From a virus (Duplodnaviria > Caudoviricetes): a stretch of 64,000 nucleotides of DNA. The first letter of the stretch is position 1. The number at the start of each line of letters is the position of its first letter. Location: positions 32,001 to 96,000 of IMG/VR virus record IMGVR_UViG_3300033463_000010. The stretch is one strand, 5' to 3'. Positions 19,416-29,621 of the stretch are shown in pieces. Both the position numbers and the translations under genes were made by a program. The notes beneath the pieces were generated by a model. That model worked only from the letters and a program-made list of their open reading frames with translations, made no database searches and was not told the DNA's origin.

Positions 19416-19736
19416 ATGATTACGTCTATCCCCGAAAAAGAATTACCTCAAAACAATTCAGCAGTGTCCCGTTTGATGGATATAAACAAAACACATTTTA
19501 ATAACGCAGGTGTTTATTACTATCAAGTGAAGACGGTTTTTAGTGGTAGGACATTACCCGAACATTTCATATACGAATTGTATGCCCCGTATAAGCATAC
19601 AAACGGTAATGGGGATATTGTTACCGATTGGTTTATTTTTGGTTCGGATGATTCCGATGAAGACATAGCCTCGGAACTTAAAGCGTATCACGAACATATT
19701 ACTATGGCGTGTGTTAGCCAAAAGTTTAATAATTGA
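19416..19736 (+). CDS. Hypothetical protein
   Basis: AGGAG RBS, promoter upstream, low GC. Confidence 0.65.
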   Translation: MITSIPEKELPQNNSAVSRLMDINKTHFNNAGVYYYQVKTVFSGRTLPEHFIYELYAPYKHTNGNGDIVTDWFIFGSDDSDEDIASELKAYHEHITMACVSQKFNN

Positions 19737-19749
19737 TAGTTACGGGTTG

Positions 19750-20805
19750 TCAGTCCCAAACTCTAACCCCATTAACAAGTTTCCAATGCCTGCCTAGTTT
19801 TAAGCCCCGCATTTTCGCTTTAGATTCTTCGGACATTTTACGACCTTTTAGGGCTTCACTAATTTTTCGTCTATGTTCTTCGGAAAATTTTAGGGTTCCG
19901 TTTCTTTTTTTTGTTTCAAGCATTTTATTTGTTACACTAGGGTCCCGTTTACGTCCTGTTAGTGCTTTTGATAATTTGTCACGTTGTTGTTTTGATATTA
20001 CACGACCTTTAGCACTCTCACTTAATTTCTTTTTATGTTCGTCGGAAAATTTTCTGCCTTTTAATACTTGCGACAGATGCAATTTTTGTTCTGCGGTTAA
20101 TGGTTTACGGGGTCCACTATGTTTTCCTTTTTGGGACTCACTCATTTTCTTTCGGGTTTCTTCTGTTACAGTTGTCCCTAGTTTATTAAGTCTGTTGCTT
20201 ATTCTTATGCGTTCCCGACCTTCATCTGTTAAGTAATCGGGATGCCCTTTACGGATAGCTGACAGGTTTGTTTTTTGTTCTGCTGACCATTTATGTCCCT
20301 TGTGGGCTTCACCATTCTTACGCCTAGATTCTTCGCTAACAGAATGACCTTTTAGTGTGTTTGATATACGTTGGCGTTGTTCTAGGCTTACAGGCTTTCC
20401 TTTGCGGATTTTGGAGGAATACTCGTTTGCTAGTATGACTGCGTTTTGATATTCTAGGGCTAGGTCATCTATGGTTTCTTGTGTTATTTCTTTTATGTCT
20501 TGTTTTGTGGTATCTATCATATACTTAAAAGCAAGAGCCATTTTGTATTTGTATGGACTTTTTGCAAGTATGTAGTAGTAATAATGGATAATTAGGTGTT
20601 GTGCAAACGGAAGGCTTATTATGTTATCGGGTTCGTTATCCACAGGCTCATTTAGCATACGGCTAAATGATTTTGGGAATTTGTGATGATAGGCACGGTT
20701 GCGAACACGCTTTTTAGGGTATTTATCATATTGGGCAAAGATTTCTAAAACTTTTTGCCATTCGGGTTTATCCGTGTAGAATACTTGTGTGTAATCGTGA
20801 GTCAT
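19750..20805 (-). CDS. Free-standing HNH homing endonuclease with NUMOD3 repeats
   Basis: HHKFPKS...NEPDNIISL...H...H, then many (S/T)EExRxK(I/M)SxxxKG repeats; antisense, low GC. Confidence 0.88.
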   Translation of the reverse strand: MTHDYTQVFYTDKPEWQKVLEIFAQYDKYPKKRVRNRAYHHKFPKSFSRMLNEPVDNEPDNIISLPFAQHLIIHYYYYILAKSPYKYKMALAFKYMIDTTKQDIKEITQETIDDLALEYQNAVILANEYSSKIRKGKPVSLEQRQRISNTLKGHSVSEESRRKNGEAHKGHKWSAEQKTNLSAIRKGHPDYLTDEGRERIRISNRLNKLGTTVTEETRKKMSESQKGKHSGPRKPLTAEQKLHLSQVLKGRKFSDEHKKKLSESAKGRVISKQQRDKLSKALTGRKRDPSVTNKMLETKKRNGTLKFSEEHRRKISEALKGRKMSEESKAKMRGLKLGRHWKLVNGVRVWD

Positions 20806-20906
20806 AGGTATTTCTAAATATAATAAAATTGCAGTGTTAGCGACATACTGACTTACTAATTATTAAAGTATTTCATAAAATTTTTCAAAAATTTTAACAA
20901 AACCTG

Positions 20907-20935
20907 TTGACAATAGGCAGGTAATTTGTTATATT
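20907..20935 (+). promoter_or_regulatory. Repeated phage promoter
   Basis: TTGACA-17-TATATT with CAGGTAATTTGT. Confidence 0.85.
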
Positions 20936-20979
20936 TATATCGTAAAGAGAAAACAATCACTTCAACCGAGGACAGCCCT

Positions 20980-21384
20980 ATGAAATACCTGTTAATCCTT
21001 GCAGCCCTTTTGTTCACCGCCTGTGCAGAAAACCCGTCCGCACCGTCCACATACGCCAGGGAATGCACCCACAGGTTTGAATCAGCGGAACCGCTCACAA
21101 TCCTGTCCGACTCCACCTACGCAATCGGCTCCCACGAATACGTCGCCCCGCCCGACACCCCTATGGGCAACTTCCTTTATACCCGTTCGGGATTTATGCG
21201 GAAGATTGAATCCTGCTACAATGACGGCTTGACCGTCCGTGGTGAAATGACAAGTGACGAAGTAGCCGAACACGTCCTTAACCTTTGTATTACACCCGAA
21301 GACGAAATGGCAGCGTTTATGGCGGGGTATGAACTCCCGAAGCCCATAAACGTGACTTACCTGGGTGCAGATTGCAGGGAATAA
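20980..21384 (+). CDS. Lipoprotein
   Basis: MKYLLILAALLFTA-C signal peptide II; ACCGAGGA RBS. Confidence 0.75.
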   Translation: MKYLLILAALLFTACAENPSAPSTYARECTHRFESAEPLTILSDSTYAIGSHEYVAPPDTPMGNFLYTRSGFMRKIESCYNDGLTVRGEMTSDEVAEHVLNLCITPEDEMAAFMAGYELPKPINVTYLGADCRE

Positions 21385-21421
21385 TGTATATTTAAGGTGT
21401 TAAACTTTAATCGGTTCTTGA

Positions 21422-21958
21422 ATGGCTTACAACTTTGACTTGGGAACAGCAGCGTTACGTCGGGCGTTAAGCCCAAGGACTTACACCTTGCGGTGTAAGA
21501 TTCTTGAAATTGGACCCTTCTACAAGGTCCAATGCACAATGAACGCCAAGGAAGAAGTCCACCTGGACTTTTGGGCGAAACCGCTGCTTTCCCTGTCATA
21601 CTCTTACGAAGTTGACGACGAAGTTATAGTTGAAGTCCGTTCCCTGTGCGAAGCCTATATCCTGGGTCTAGTCAAGGAACTAGCCGAAACGAACACCGCA
21701 GAAGAATTTTATTTCCGCTTCGGCAAGAATATCGCAAAGGGACGCAAGGACGGCACCACGTTTGAGTTCAAGGGTGGCGACGACGGGTTCCGTGTGGAAC
21801 ACTCGCCCGCAGGGACCACCGTTGAAACGAAGGGTGTTCTTTCGCTCACGGGCGATATGGTTATGATTGGCGACGGTATGGGTCTTGGGCTGAATTGTAA
21901 TACAGCCTGTCCGCTTATGGGTATGCACGTCCCGACGCAGCAGAAAACATTATTTTAG
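21422..21958 (+). CDS. Baseplate central spike (gp5/gpV-like)
   Basis: OB-fold-like N-terminus, beta repeats, C-terminal metal-tip-like CPLMGMH. Confidence 0.6.
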   Translation: MAYNFDLGTAALRRALSPRTYTLRCKILEIGPFYKVQCTMNAKEEVHLDFWAKPLLSLSYSYEVDDEVIVEVRSLCEAYILGLVKELAETNTAEEFYFRFGKNIAKGRKDGTTFEFKGGDDGFRVEHSPAGTTVETKGVLSLTGDMVMIGDGMGLGLNCNTACPLMGMHVPTQQKTLF

Positions 21959-21971
21959 CCAGGAGGAACTT

Positions 21972-22358
21972 ATGCAGATGAACATTAAGGTTCACGAAGC
22001 GTCCAACAAATACAAGTTTTCCTATGGGGAAGAAATAGGAATTAAGACTTTTACTTCTAATTCCGCTATGCCCCTAGTGTCTTATGACAAGCAGATGGCG
22101 AAGTTCCGTAATGGTATTGACAATGTTCGTGTTTATCCTAACGGAACGGGTGATGGGATTTCGGTGCAGATTTTTTGTAGTTCCGATGAAGCCAGGTTTG
22201 CTACGCCCGATATTACGTCTATGAATATCAAGTATGTGGGCGATAGTAATAACTATGCTCAAATGATTCAAACGGCACTTTGCTATGTCGCTGACATTCT
22301 TGACTATCGTAAGTCTATCGTAGAAACGCTCAAGGCTTCGGGTGTTATTAACGGTTAG
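21972..22358 (+). CDS. Leader-bearing protein (MNIKVHEA), putative internal head protein
   Basis: AGGAGG RBS; class I leader. Confidence 0.65.
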   Translation: MQMNIKVHEASNKYKFSYGEEIGIKTFTSNSAMPLVSYDKQMAKFRNGIDNVRVYPNGTGDGISVQIFCSSDEARFATPDITSMNIKYVGDSNNYAQMIQTALCYVADILDYRKSIVETLKASGVING

Positions 22359-22373
22359 TAGAGGTTCGTCCTT

Positions 22374-23150
22374 ATGATGCAGTCCATAGCCATACAAGCC
22401 TATTTCGCTCAAATGCGGAATTTCTTTACCAGGCAGGGCTTTGACGGTTCTATGAAAGTCTGCTATGGTTCGGACGCAGAGGGTCCGCAGCGTATTTTGG
22501 ACCAGGACCTAGCCGACAAGAAAATGGAACGCAAGTCCGAAACCAACCGTGAGAATGTCCGTGAAGCCCCGTATTCCTACCTGTTTTGGACCAGGGATTC
22601 CTTGAAGAACATTGTCCGTCGTTCCATACGCCTGCAAGACGGAGTGGCACCCGACGGGCGGTTGAAGTTCAAGAAGACCGTTTCGGCAGAATTTGGTATG
22701 GGTTGCGTCCTGGTGTCTAACAAAATGGAATTGATTGAGGATTTCGCAGAAGCGTTCGCAGCGGAATACCAAAACGTTCATAACGTCCCGATTAACTTGA
22801 AGTTCGCCTATGAAACCCGCACAAGCACAGCAGAGGGCGGTTATGATACGGCAGGCTTGAACGCAACGATTATCCAGGACCTTGGGACCGAGGAACCTAT
22901 TTCGTTCCGACAGGGTGACTTGTTTTCGTATAGTTGGAACGTCCGTTTCCTGTTGCAGTTCGTGAGCGAATTTGCCGATTGGAAGACAGCCCCGTTGCGT
23001 TCCGTTGTCGTTGACCTGTATAACAAGCGTGGCATTCCTCTCGCTTCTATGGATTTCAACGGACAGCCCGAATGGAAAGAATATGTCGCAAAGGACGGCA
23101 CAAAGGTAATCGTTCCCAAGGACGCTTACGTTGAAGTTGAGAAACCCTAG
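22374..23150 (+). CDS. Putative tail terminator/neck protein
   Basis: Size and structural-module context only. Confidence 0.4.
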   Translation: MMQSIAIQAYFAQMRNFFTRQGFDGSMKVCYGSDAEGPQRILDQDLADKKMERKSETNRENVREAPYSYLFWTRDSLKNIVRRSIRLQDGVAPDGRLKFKKTVSAEFGMGCVLVSNKMELIEDFAEAFAAEYQNVHNVPINLKFAYETRTSTAEGGYDTAGLNATIIQDLGTEEPISFRQGDLFSYSWNVRFLLQFVSEFADWKTAPLRSVVVDLYNKRGIPLASMDFNGQPEWKEYVAKDGTKVIVPKDAYVEVEKP

Positions 23151-23275
23151 TAGGTAATTTGTTATATACTATGGTTGTGCCCGAAGTAATGCTCATTTTG
23201 CGTGTTCCCCTGTTGCACGACGGGGGAATTTGTTGTTATTTTTAAGAACGTAAAAACTAAACCAGGAGTTTATTT

Positions 23276-23899
23276 ATGCAGTATGTCGTTGACGAATCCT
23301 TAACCAACTTCAAGTTTTGGAGTGGTGCTGCTGACAACGCCAAACTTTTAGAATACAGCGAATTGCAGGAATTGGATGATGTTCTTCCCGAATACTTTAA
23401 TACGGGCGACGGGAACCTCCCGACTGCAACTGAAATCAACGATATGTTTTGGTTTGATTTCGCCACTGTCTGCGAAGCCATCGGCTTGCAGTATGACGAA
23501 GAAAAGGGCGAAATTATCCGTGACAACGACGAAAGCCGTAAGAAGCGTTCCGAAGCCAACGGCAACGACAAGGTGGGTAAGCAGAACTTCACCTATGCAG
23601 AACTTGAAGATGCCTGGAACAAACTCAACGCCCGCATTCAGCGTGACCCGTTTGACAAGGACAATCCCCCGTCGGGTGGTTATGACATTCGCAACGGATA
23701 TGCCTGTGGCGAACGTGATTGGAACGATTGGCACATTGACTTTTCCCTTGACGCTGTTAAGAAAGCCCTTGAAGAAGTGGCTGAACCGATTAAGGAAGGC
23801 GACCTTGAAGTTTACTACAATGACAAGGACAATAATCAAGCCGATTCCGACAATCACGGTATCTTTATCATTGACGGCAAGATTGACACCATTTACTAA
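23276..23899 (+). CDS. Acidic two-domain protein with ESRKKRSE linker
   Basis: FWSGA...TEINDMFWFD domain, linker, second acidic domain. Confidence 0.7.
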   Translation: MQYVVDESLTNFKFWSGAADNAKLLEYSELQELDDVLPEYFNTGDGNLPTATEINDMFWFDFATVCEAIGLQYDEEKGEIIRDNDESRKKRSEANGNDKVGKQNFTYAELEDAWNKLNARIQRDPFDKDNPPSGGYDIRNGYACGERDWNDWHIDFSLDAVKKALEEVAEPIKEGDLEVYYNDKDNNQADSDNHGIFIIDGKIDTIY

Positions 23900-23919
23900 T
23901 TGCAAAGGGGTTCTTGGAT

Positions 23920-24933
23920 ATGGCTAATTGGTCTATCAGTTATACAGACGTTTTTGGTAAGAAGAAAGTTGAATCGTTCACTAGCCAGGGTGCTGCCCAG
24001 GCTCGCTATGAAGAACTCATTCCCCGCACTTACGGGGATTTGGGCGACCTTGTGAACGTGACCGCACCTATCCGTTCCGCTGTGAAAGTTTCGGAAGGTA
24101 TCTTTTACGGGTCTGCCGACAAGAAAGACCCGAACCGCTATGCCGACGGCAAGGAAGAATGGGACGATTTCAAGGACGTGGTTCGTAAGTTGCTTGCTGA
24201 ATTTGACGACCGTGCTGAAACAAAGTTCTTCAAGGTTGTCCCGATTGGTAATGACAACTACGAAATCTATTTCAAGGGCGACGGGGACAAGTTGTCCGAC
24301 CTGCTCTTTATGAGCATTTATCAAAGTGCGATGGGCGAGCCGACTTTTAACGTTATCAAGGGCGACGTTAGCGACGCTGTGTTTGACGACGCTTATGACA
24401 TTGTTGAGCCGTATATCGCAGACGTGTTCCGTATGGCTTATGACGACGGCAACACGGGTATTGTCCGCAAGTTCTATTCTAGCGATGACTTCCACAAGTC
24501 GTTGAAAGAAGATTGTGGGGGTGCGTCTGCTGCGTCGCTTGGAGCAGTCCCGACCGCCACCGTCCGTCCGTCTAACAAGCGTGAGTCTGTGACTTATGAT
24601 AAAGCGAAGACTATGGACGACTGCTATGCAGCGGTAAATTCTACCATTATGGATGACCCTGCTGTTACGTCGTTAGGTCTTTATGTTATTAAGGACGAAC
24701 ACGCTAGTCCGTCGTGTAGTGCGGTATGTATCTATGACTCCGCAGACAAGAACCCCAATAAAGACCCGATTCTTGGGTTTGAGTTCTATGACAACGGGAT
24801 ATACCACGTTGTTTGGTATGAAGACAATGAAGACATTTCCGAAGGTCCTATTAGCAAGTATGGTTCCGCTGCTAAACTTGTGGATTTCTATAAGAATGAT
24901 ATTGTGGAATACTTGCAGCGTTCTAAAAGTTAA
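23920..24933 (+). CDS. Acidic multi-domain protein, putative internal head protein
   Basis: KKKVES, KVSEG, KRES candidate boundaries; precedes the protease. Confidence 0.65.
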   Translation: MANWSISYTDVFGKKKVESFTSQGAAQARYEELIPRTYGDLGDLVNVTAPIRSAVKVSEGIFYGSADKKDPNRYADGKEEWDDFKDVVRKLLAEFDDRAETKFFKVVPIGNDNYEIYFKGDGDKLSDLLFMSIYQSAMGEPTFNVIKGDVSDAVFDDAYDIVEPYIADVFRMAYDDGNTGIVRKFYSSDDFHKSLKEDCGGASAASLGAVPTATVRPSNKRESVTYDKAKTMDDCYAAVNSTIMDDPAVTSLGLYVIKDEHASPSCSAVCIYDSADKNPNKDPILGFEFYDNGIYHVVWYEDNEDISEGPISKYGSAAKLVDFYKNDIVEYLQRSKS

Positions 24934-24960
24934 ACTAAAACCAACCGAGGCAAAAACACT

Positions 24961-26004
24961 ATGCAGATTGCAGAAGACTATATTCCGTTTAAGTGTGAGT
25001 TCATTGACGACATTTCCCGTGTTGACGAATCCGCACAATCCGAAGTTGCTAAAAGTGGTGGCACCATTCTCGCCATTGTCAAGGGTCAGCATTTCTGCCC
25101 TGGCAAGGTAAGCCGTAACCACCGCCTTTATACTCCCGAACTTTGGGAAGAAGCAGGTAAGGACGAAGACGTGCAGCGTAAGTTGACCAACGGACAAATG
25201 TTCGGTCGTATCGGTCACGAAGCCGAAATTACCGACGAAGATATTGCCGACGGCAAGTTTAGCCACATTACCCGCAACATTGATTGGAAGACGGGTATCG
25301 CTGAATCTGTTATCTACAATACGGATATGGGTAAGACGCTTTACACTATCCTTCGTGCGGGCACTACTATGTTTGTCAGTTCCCGTGCCGATGGCGACTA
25401 CGAAGGTAAGGACGAAGACGGCAACGATATTCTTGACCCGAAGACCTACAAACTTGAACGCTTTGACTTTGTGCAGGACCCTGGGTTCCTGGACGCAAAG
25501 CCGAAGATGATTTCCGAAAGCAAGCAGAATGAAAAGATTGAAGAAACCGTCAAGGAACGTGTCGCAGAATCCCTGCTTTCGCTTGCAAAGGAACTTGGGG
25601 CACCCGTTGAACTTGACGGCAGCACCTACGTCGTAGAAAGCCTGGAAAAGAACACTGTTGAAATGACAGATTGTGACAAGGGCACAGGCGACACTTACAA
25701 GTTTGAAGACTTTACCGAAGTGACCGAAGACATTAAGCAGTCTATCGTGAAGTTCGTTGAAGGCTTGCAGGAAGAAGTGAAGCAGTCCGCAGACACTATC
25801 CGTGACTTGAAATTCGCTAACAAGAATGGCTTGAACGAAGCCTACGTGACCGAACGTCGTCGTGCAGGTGCTACTTACGAAGCGATTGAACGTGAGCAGC
25901 CCGAAACGCAGACCTTTAAGGTCCTGGAAGCAAAGGCACCCGCCCGTGAAGCCGAAGACAACGACGGGTCCTTGATTGGTTATATTCTCGGCAGCAAACG
26001 TTAA
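24961..26004 (+). CDS. Prohead maturation protease (T4 gp21-like)
   Basis: RNHRLY, FGRIGHE, FSHI, TDMGK, VSSRADG, FDFVQDPGF..A.P motifs. Confidence 0.9.
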   Translation: MQIAEDYIPFKCEFIDDISRVDESAQSEVAKSGGTILAIVKGQHFCPGKVSRNHRLYTPELWEEAGKDEDVQRKLTNGQMFGRIGHEAEITDEDIADGKFSHITRNIDWKTGIAESVIYNTDMGKTLYTILRAGTTMFVSSRADGDYEGKDEDGNDILDPKTYKLERFDFVQDPGFLDAKPKMISESKQNEKIEETVKERVAESLLSLAKELGAPVELDGSTYVVESLEKNTVEMTDCDKGTGDTYKFEDFTEVTEDIKQSIVKFVEGLQEEVKQSADTIRDLKFANKNGLNEAYVTERRRAGATYEAIEREQPETQTFKVLEAKAPAREAEDNDGSLIGYILGSKR

Positions 26005-26016
26005 GGATGGCTCATT

Positions 26017-26337
26017 ATGGCTAAAATGAAAATCAAGGTTCACGAAAGCAGTAAAAACGAAGAAAAAAGTGTCGTAGATTTGCTTGCGGTTATGGACACT
26101 CCAAAGTATAAGCAGGACTTTGAAAAGATTAAGGCTGCTTACGATAACTTTGAAAAACTTGCAGACAGCCTGGGCTATCGTATTGCGGTGGACCCCGATG
26201 AAGAATATCAAGCCGTCCTGCTTCCCAAGAGTATCGTGAATGACGTGTATTTGGACCAACACGCCAACGCTAAATTTTTGGATGGGACAAAGCCGTTGTC
26301 TAGCATAGTCCCTGTCGTATTAACGTATCATAAGTAG
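26017..26337 (+). CDS. Leader-bearing protein (MKIKVHES)
   Basis: Class I leader. Confidence 0.7.
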   Translation: MAKMKIKVHESSKNEEKSVVDLLAVMDTPKYKQDFEKIKAAYDNFEKLADSLGYRIAVDPDEEYQAVLLPKSIVNDVYLDQHANAKFLDGTKPLSSIVPVVLTYHK

Positions 26338-26347
26338 AGGGCTGTCT

Positions 26348-26614
26348 ATGCCAAAGTTGAAGATTATGGTCCACGAAGCCAAGTCCGACCTTGAAAAGCA
26401 GATTACGAAAGAATGTGTCCGTCTTGGATTGGACCGCCTGGTTAATCGTGGCTATTCTTCACGGATAGTCCCGACTTACGGCAATTACATTGAAAAACAC
26501 AAGGATGAACCTGTTGAACAAATCGCAAAGTATATCTACGACACGGAACAGCGTGAGTGGTTCAAAATGCGTGGCGGTTTCAATATGTTCGGTCTTTTTG
26601 GCAACAGAGGTTAA
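26348..26614 (+). CDS. Leader-bearing protein (LKIMVHEA)
   Basis: Class I leader. Confidence 0.7.
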   Translation: MPKLKIMVHEAKSDLEKQITKECVRLGLDRLVNRGYSSRIVPTYGNYIEKHKDEPVEQIAKYIYDTEQREWFKMRGGFNMFGLFGNRG

Positions 26615-26619
26615 GCACT

Positions 26620-27237
26620 ATGGCACTCCGAATTAACATACACGAAAGCAAGAAGACAGAAGCCCAGGGTCTTGTGTTTCTGCCCGATGGCTTGAAATCC
26701 GACATTGAATACGAACTCCCGTCGCTTTACAGGGCTAACGGACTTGCTGTGTTCAAGGGTAAGGAAGAAGTTGAACCCGACGCAGCCTGGGACGTAGAAG
26801 ATATGTCCTGGGACGTTGACGAAGCCACCGTGTGCGACGATTACCTTATGGTCGCTTTCAAGGACAATCCTGGTGCCGAAAAGGTCAAGTCCATTATGGC
26901 TGACGAATACAAAAAGGCTGTTCTGCCCGAAGCCCTGGAACTTGTCGGCTACATTGACGTGGGTGCCCTGCGTGACGCTTACGCCAAGCAGATTGTGGAC
27001 GCTACAAAGGGCAAGGAATTTGAACTAGGCTACTACCTGGGCGATATTAACGATATGGGTGACGTTCCTGGTGGAATTGACAATGCCTATACCGAAGACG
27101 GGGAAGTTAGTTGTATGGTCGGTGCTTTCGGTTTCGTCGTTGCCGAGGCTGCTAACGGCAGCGAAATCAAGGACACGCAGTCCGCAGACGAAGCCTTGAA
27201 GTTGGTTGAAGAAATGTATAACAAATACAAGGCGTAG
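26620..27237 (+). CDS. Leader-bearing acidic protein (LRINIHESKKTE)
   Basis: GAGG RBS; class I leader. Confidence 0.7.
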   Translation: MALRINIHESKKTEAQGLVFLPDGLKSDIEYELPSLYRANGLAVFKGKEEVEPDAAWDVEDMSWDVDEATVCDDYLMVAFKDNPGAEKVKSIMADEYKKAVLPEALELVGYIDVGALRDAYAKQIVDATKGKEFELGYYLGDINDMGDVPGGIDNAYTEDGEVSCMVGAFGFVVAEAANGSEIKDTQSADEALKLVEEMYNKYKA

Positions 27238-27245
27238 GGCTGTCT

Positions 27246-27635
27246 ATGGGCTTGAAGATTAAAATGCAAGAAGCGTCCAGGAATGACGAAATCCTGGGCT
27301 TGCTTTCGGAAAAGGGTTTTACCGTGGACCAGGAAGCAAGCGATAGGGAGGACCGCCTGGTAGCCTATAAGCAATATAAGGCTCACGGCTACTGCGTCGG
27401 GGATGTTACGTTAGTTGTCAAGTATGACGCATACGTGAACCGCAGCCTGTTTATGAACGTGCTGTCTAATAGTTATGCTAACATTAGACTTAAACGTTCC
27501 GATAGTATCTTTGAAACGTCTATCGTGGATAATCGGGATATGGTTAATCTTGAAGAAGCCCGTCGCTGTATCGGTAATGCCGAACGTGCGGTAAATATGT
27601 ATATTTCAGCATTAGAAACAATTTACGAGGTATAA
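27246..27635 (+). CDS. Leader-bearing protein (LKIKMQEA)
   Basis: Class I leader variant. Confidence 0.7.
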   Translation: MGLKIKMQEASRNDEILGLLSEKGFTVDQEASDREDRLVAYKQYKAHGYCVGDVTLVVKYDAYVNRSLFMNVLSNSYANIRLKRSDSIFETSIVDNRDMVNLEEARRCIGNAERAVNMYISALETIYEV

Positions 27636-27637
27636 CT

Positions 27638-28675
27638 ATGTTTAACTGCTCTATGCAAAAGAAGAAAGAAAGCCTTGCCAAGCAAAATGAATACAAGCGT
27701 GGCGAACTTGATTTTAGGGGTGGCTTTGACTTTAACGGTAAGCCGAAGAAGTCCGTTATTTCCAAGATTAGCAAAGCCCTTGATAAAGCGGGCATTTCCG
27801 CAGTCGTGGACCCGTCGGGGGAACGCTTGGAAGTTCCCTTTGGCGATGATGCTGTGTATATGACGGCTATGAGCCAAAGTTATGGTTCTAGCAAGTGCAG
27901 TTATGTCAATGTTCGCCAAAAGAGCGACCGTAGCACTGACGTGGGTGTTTATAACGTTGGGGATGCCGTGAGTGTCGTGCAGGAAATTACACAGGGGCTA
28001 GACGCTCCCAATGAATCCAAGAAATCCGAATCCGCAGCAGGTCGTTCGTTCTATGACGAATTTATTGCCGAACGTGCCCGTGATATTCTTGAAGAATACG
28101 ACGTGAACGAAGCCCAGGGCGGTATGTGCGATTATTGGTATAACATTGGCGACGGTGTTGAAGATATGGAGCGTGACGACCGCAGTGGCTTTTTCTCTTA
28201 TAACGATGGTGGTGTTCAAAAGACTTGGATGACTACCCCGTTTATGCTTGCGGGCGGTGGCTACCTTGACCCGAAGACGAAACCCGAATATGACCGCCTC
28301 CGTAAGAACTGCGAAGACGACTATCGTGAAGAATGCGAAAAGAATGGGGTTGAGTGCGATTTCAGTTCCGAAGAATACTATGAATTTGAAGACACCTGGT
28401 CCCAGGAAGGTCTTGAAATTTTCGCTTATGCGGAAATTATGCTTTATAGCCGTAATTCCGACCGTGACGAATATACGCTTATTGCCCGTATCAGCCGTAG
28501 TTTTGACTATACCTACGGACGTAACCCGCAGGACGATTTGAACATTGAAATGGATTTGACTTCGGAACAATTCACGAAGGAAAACGCAGACAAGTTCTTC
28601 GCTGCTGTTGAAGAAGCATTCGCCAACTATTCGTTTGACGATGGCGACAAGGAAATTAACGTTAAGGCAGATTAA
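27638..28675 (+). CDS. Leader-bearing polyprotein-like protein (CSMQKKKESL; NESKKSES linker)
   Basis: Class II leader; very acidic second domain. Confidence 0.7.
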   Translation: MFNCSMQKKKESLAKQNEYKRGELDFRGGFDFNGKPKKSVISKISKALDKAGISAVVDPSGERLEVPFGDDAVYMTAMSQSYGSSKCSYVNVRQKSDRSTDVGVYNVGDAVSVVQEITQGLDAPNESKKSESAAGRSFYDEFIAERARDILEEYDVNEAQGGMCDYWYNIGDGVEDMERDDRSGFFSYNDGGVQKTWMTTPFMLAGGGYLDPKTKPEYDRLRKNCEDDYREECEKNGVECDFSSEEYYEFEDTWSQEGLEIFAYAEIMLYSRNSDRDEYTLIARISRSFDYTYGRNPQDDLNIEMDLTSEQFTKENADKFFAAVEEAFANYSFDDGDKEINVKAD

Positions 28676-28699
28676 GTCTGCAAAGGAAAAGGTAAATCT

Positions 28700-29473
28700 A
28701 TGGCATACAAATGCTCTATGCAGAAGAAAAAGGAAAGCCTTAACACGAAGGCTGAATCCGCTAACTCCAACTATTATTTCAGTATATGGACTGAAAATTA
28801 TCCCAAAAATGGCAAAGAACCCACACGTTATATTAACGTGTATGAGCCTTCGTCTTGTAAGGGTTGGTATGACGTTACAAAGGAATATGACGACGCTTAC
28901 GAAGAAGAAATGGAACTCCGTAATGGTAATGTAAATTACACCTATATCGCCAAGAAAGTTATTGATAAAATTATTTCGGGTGCCATTAAGCCTTGTGATG
29001 ACCCGTATGACACTATCCCTAACTTTTCTAGGTGGTTCAAGGAATATCCGTTTAACATAAGTGAACACACCCAGGATTTCCTGGACGGGAAGTATGGTTC
29101 TCGCAGCGAATCCAAGAAGCACACTTGTTCTATGCAGAAGAAAAAAGAAAGTCTTGCTGCGAAGAAGTCCAAGAAGTGCGAAGGCTTTATGGATGACCTG
29201 CCGTATGACGCACCCGTAGCCATTGAAACCCTGTGTTCCGAAATTATGAGCCACACCGAAGAATTTACCATTGAAGACGCAGCCGTGGCTGAAATGTGCG
29301 GTAAGTGGTATATTCGTGATTACGCAAATGGTTCTACCGCAGCACAGAACGAAGACGAATTTGTTGACGAAATCCTTGCAGGTCTTTCGGGCAGTCCTTT
29401 GGACGGCTCCCCGTTCGGTGCAGCCGAAGCCGAAGAATACGCCAGGAAGATTTACAACGAAGTCGTTGCTTAA
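28700..29473 (+). CDS. Leader-bearing protein with two CSMQKKKESL copies
   Basis: Class II motif at the N-terminus and internally. Confidence 0.7.
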   Translation: MAYKCSMQKKKESLNTKAESANSNYYFSIWTENYPKNGKEPTRYINVYEPSSCKGWYDVTKEYDDAYEEEMELRNGNVNYTYIAKKVIDKIISGAIKPCDDPYDTIPNFSRWFKEYPFNISEHTQDFLDGKYGSRSESKKHTCSMQKKKESLAAKKSKKCEGFMDDLPYDAPVAIETLCSEIMSHTEEFTIEDAAVAEMCGKWYIRDYANGSTAAQNEDEFVDEILAGLSGSPLDGSPFGAAEAEEYARKIYNEVVA

Positions 29474-29496
29474 AGAAATCCTACGACAAAATCATC

Positions 29497-29526
29497 AAGG
29501 TGCCCCGATTGTTCGGGGCACTTTTT
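29497..29526 (+). terminator. Intrinsic terminator
   Basis: GGTGCCCCGA-ttgt-TCGGGGCACT-TTTT. Confidence 0.85.
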
Positions 29527-29576
29527 GTATGCCCATTTTCTTTCGTATAAATTAAATATAATAGATTACCTAATTT

Positions 29577-29621
29577 ATATAACAAATTACCTACAACTTA
29601 TAACTAGGTAATTTGTTATAT
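29577..29621. repeat. Perfect 17-bp inverted repeat of the promoter motif with 11-bp spacer
   Basis: ATATAACAAATTACCTA-N11-TAGGTAATTTGTTATAT. Confidence 0.9.

Noticed and set aside
19733-20236. + strand 167-aa ORF
   Set aside because: Shadow of the NUMOD3 repeats on the minus strand
20926-20979. ORF-track starts reading MLY... (469, 20926, 53918, 54627)
   Set aside because: These TTG codons lie within the repeated promoter (TTGTTATAT); true starts are downstream after the RBS
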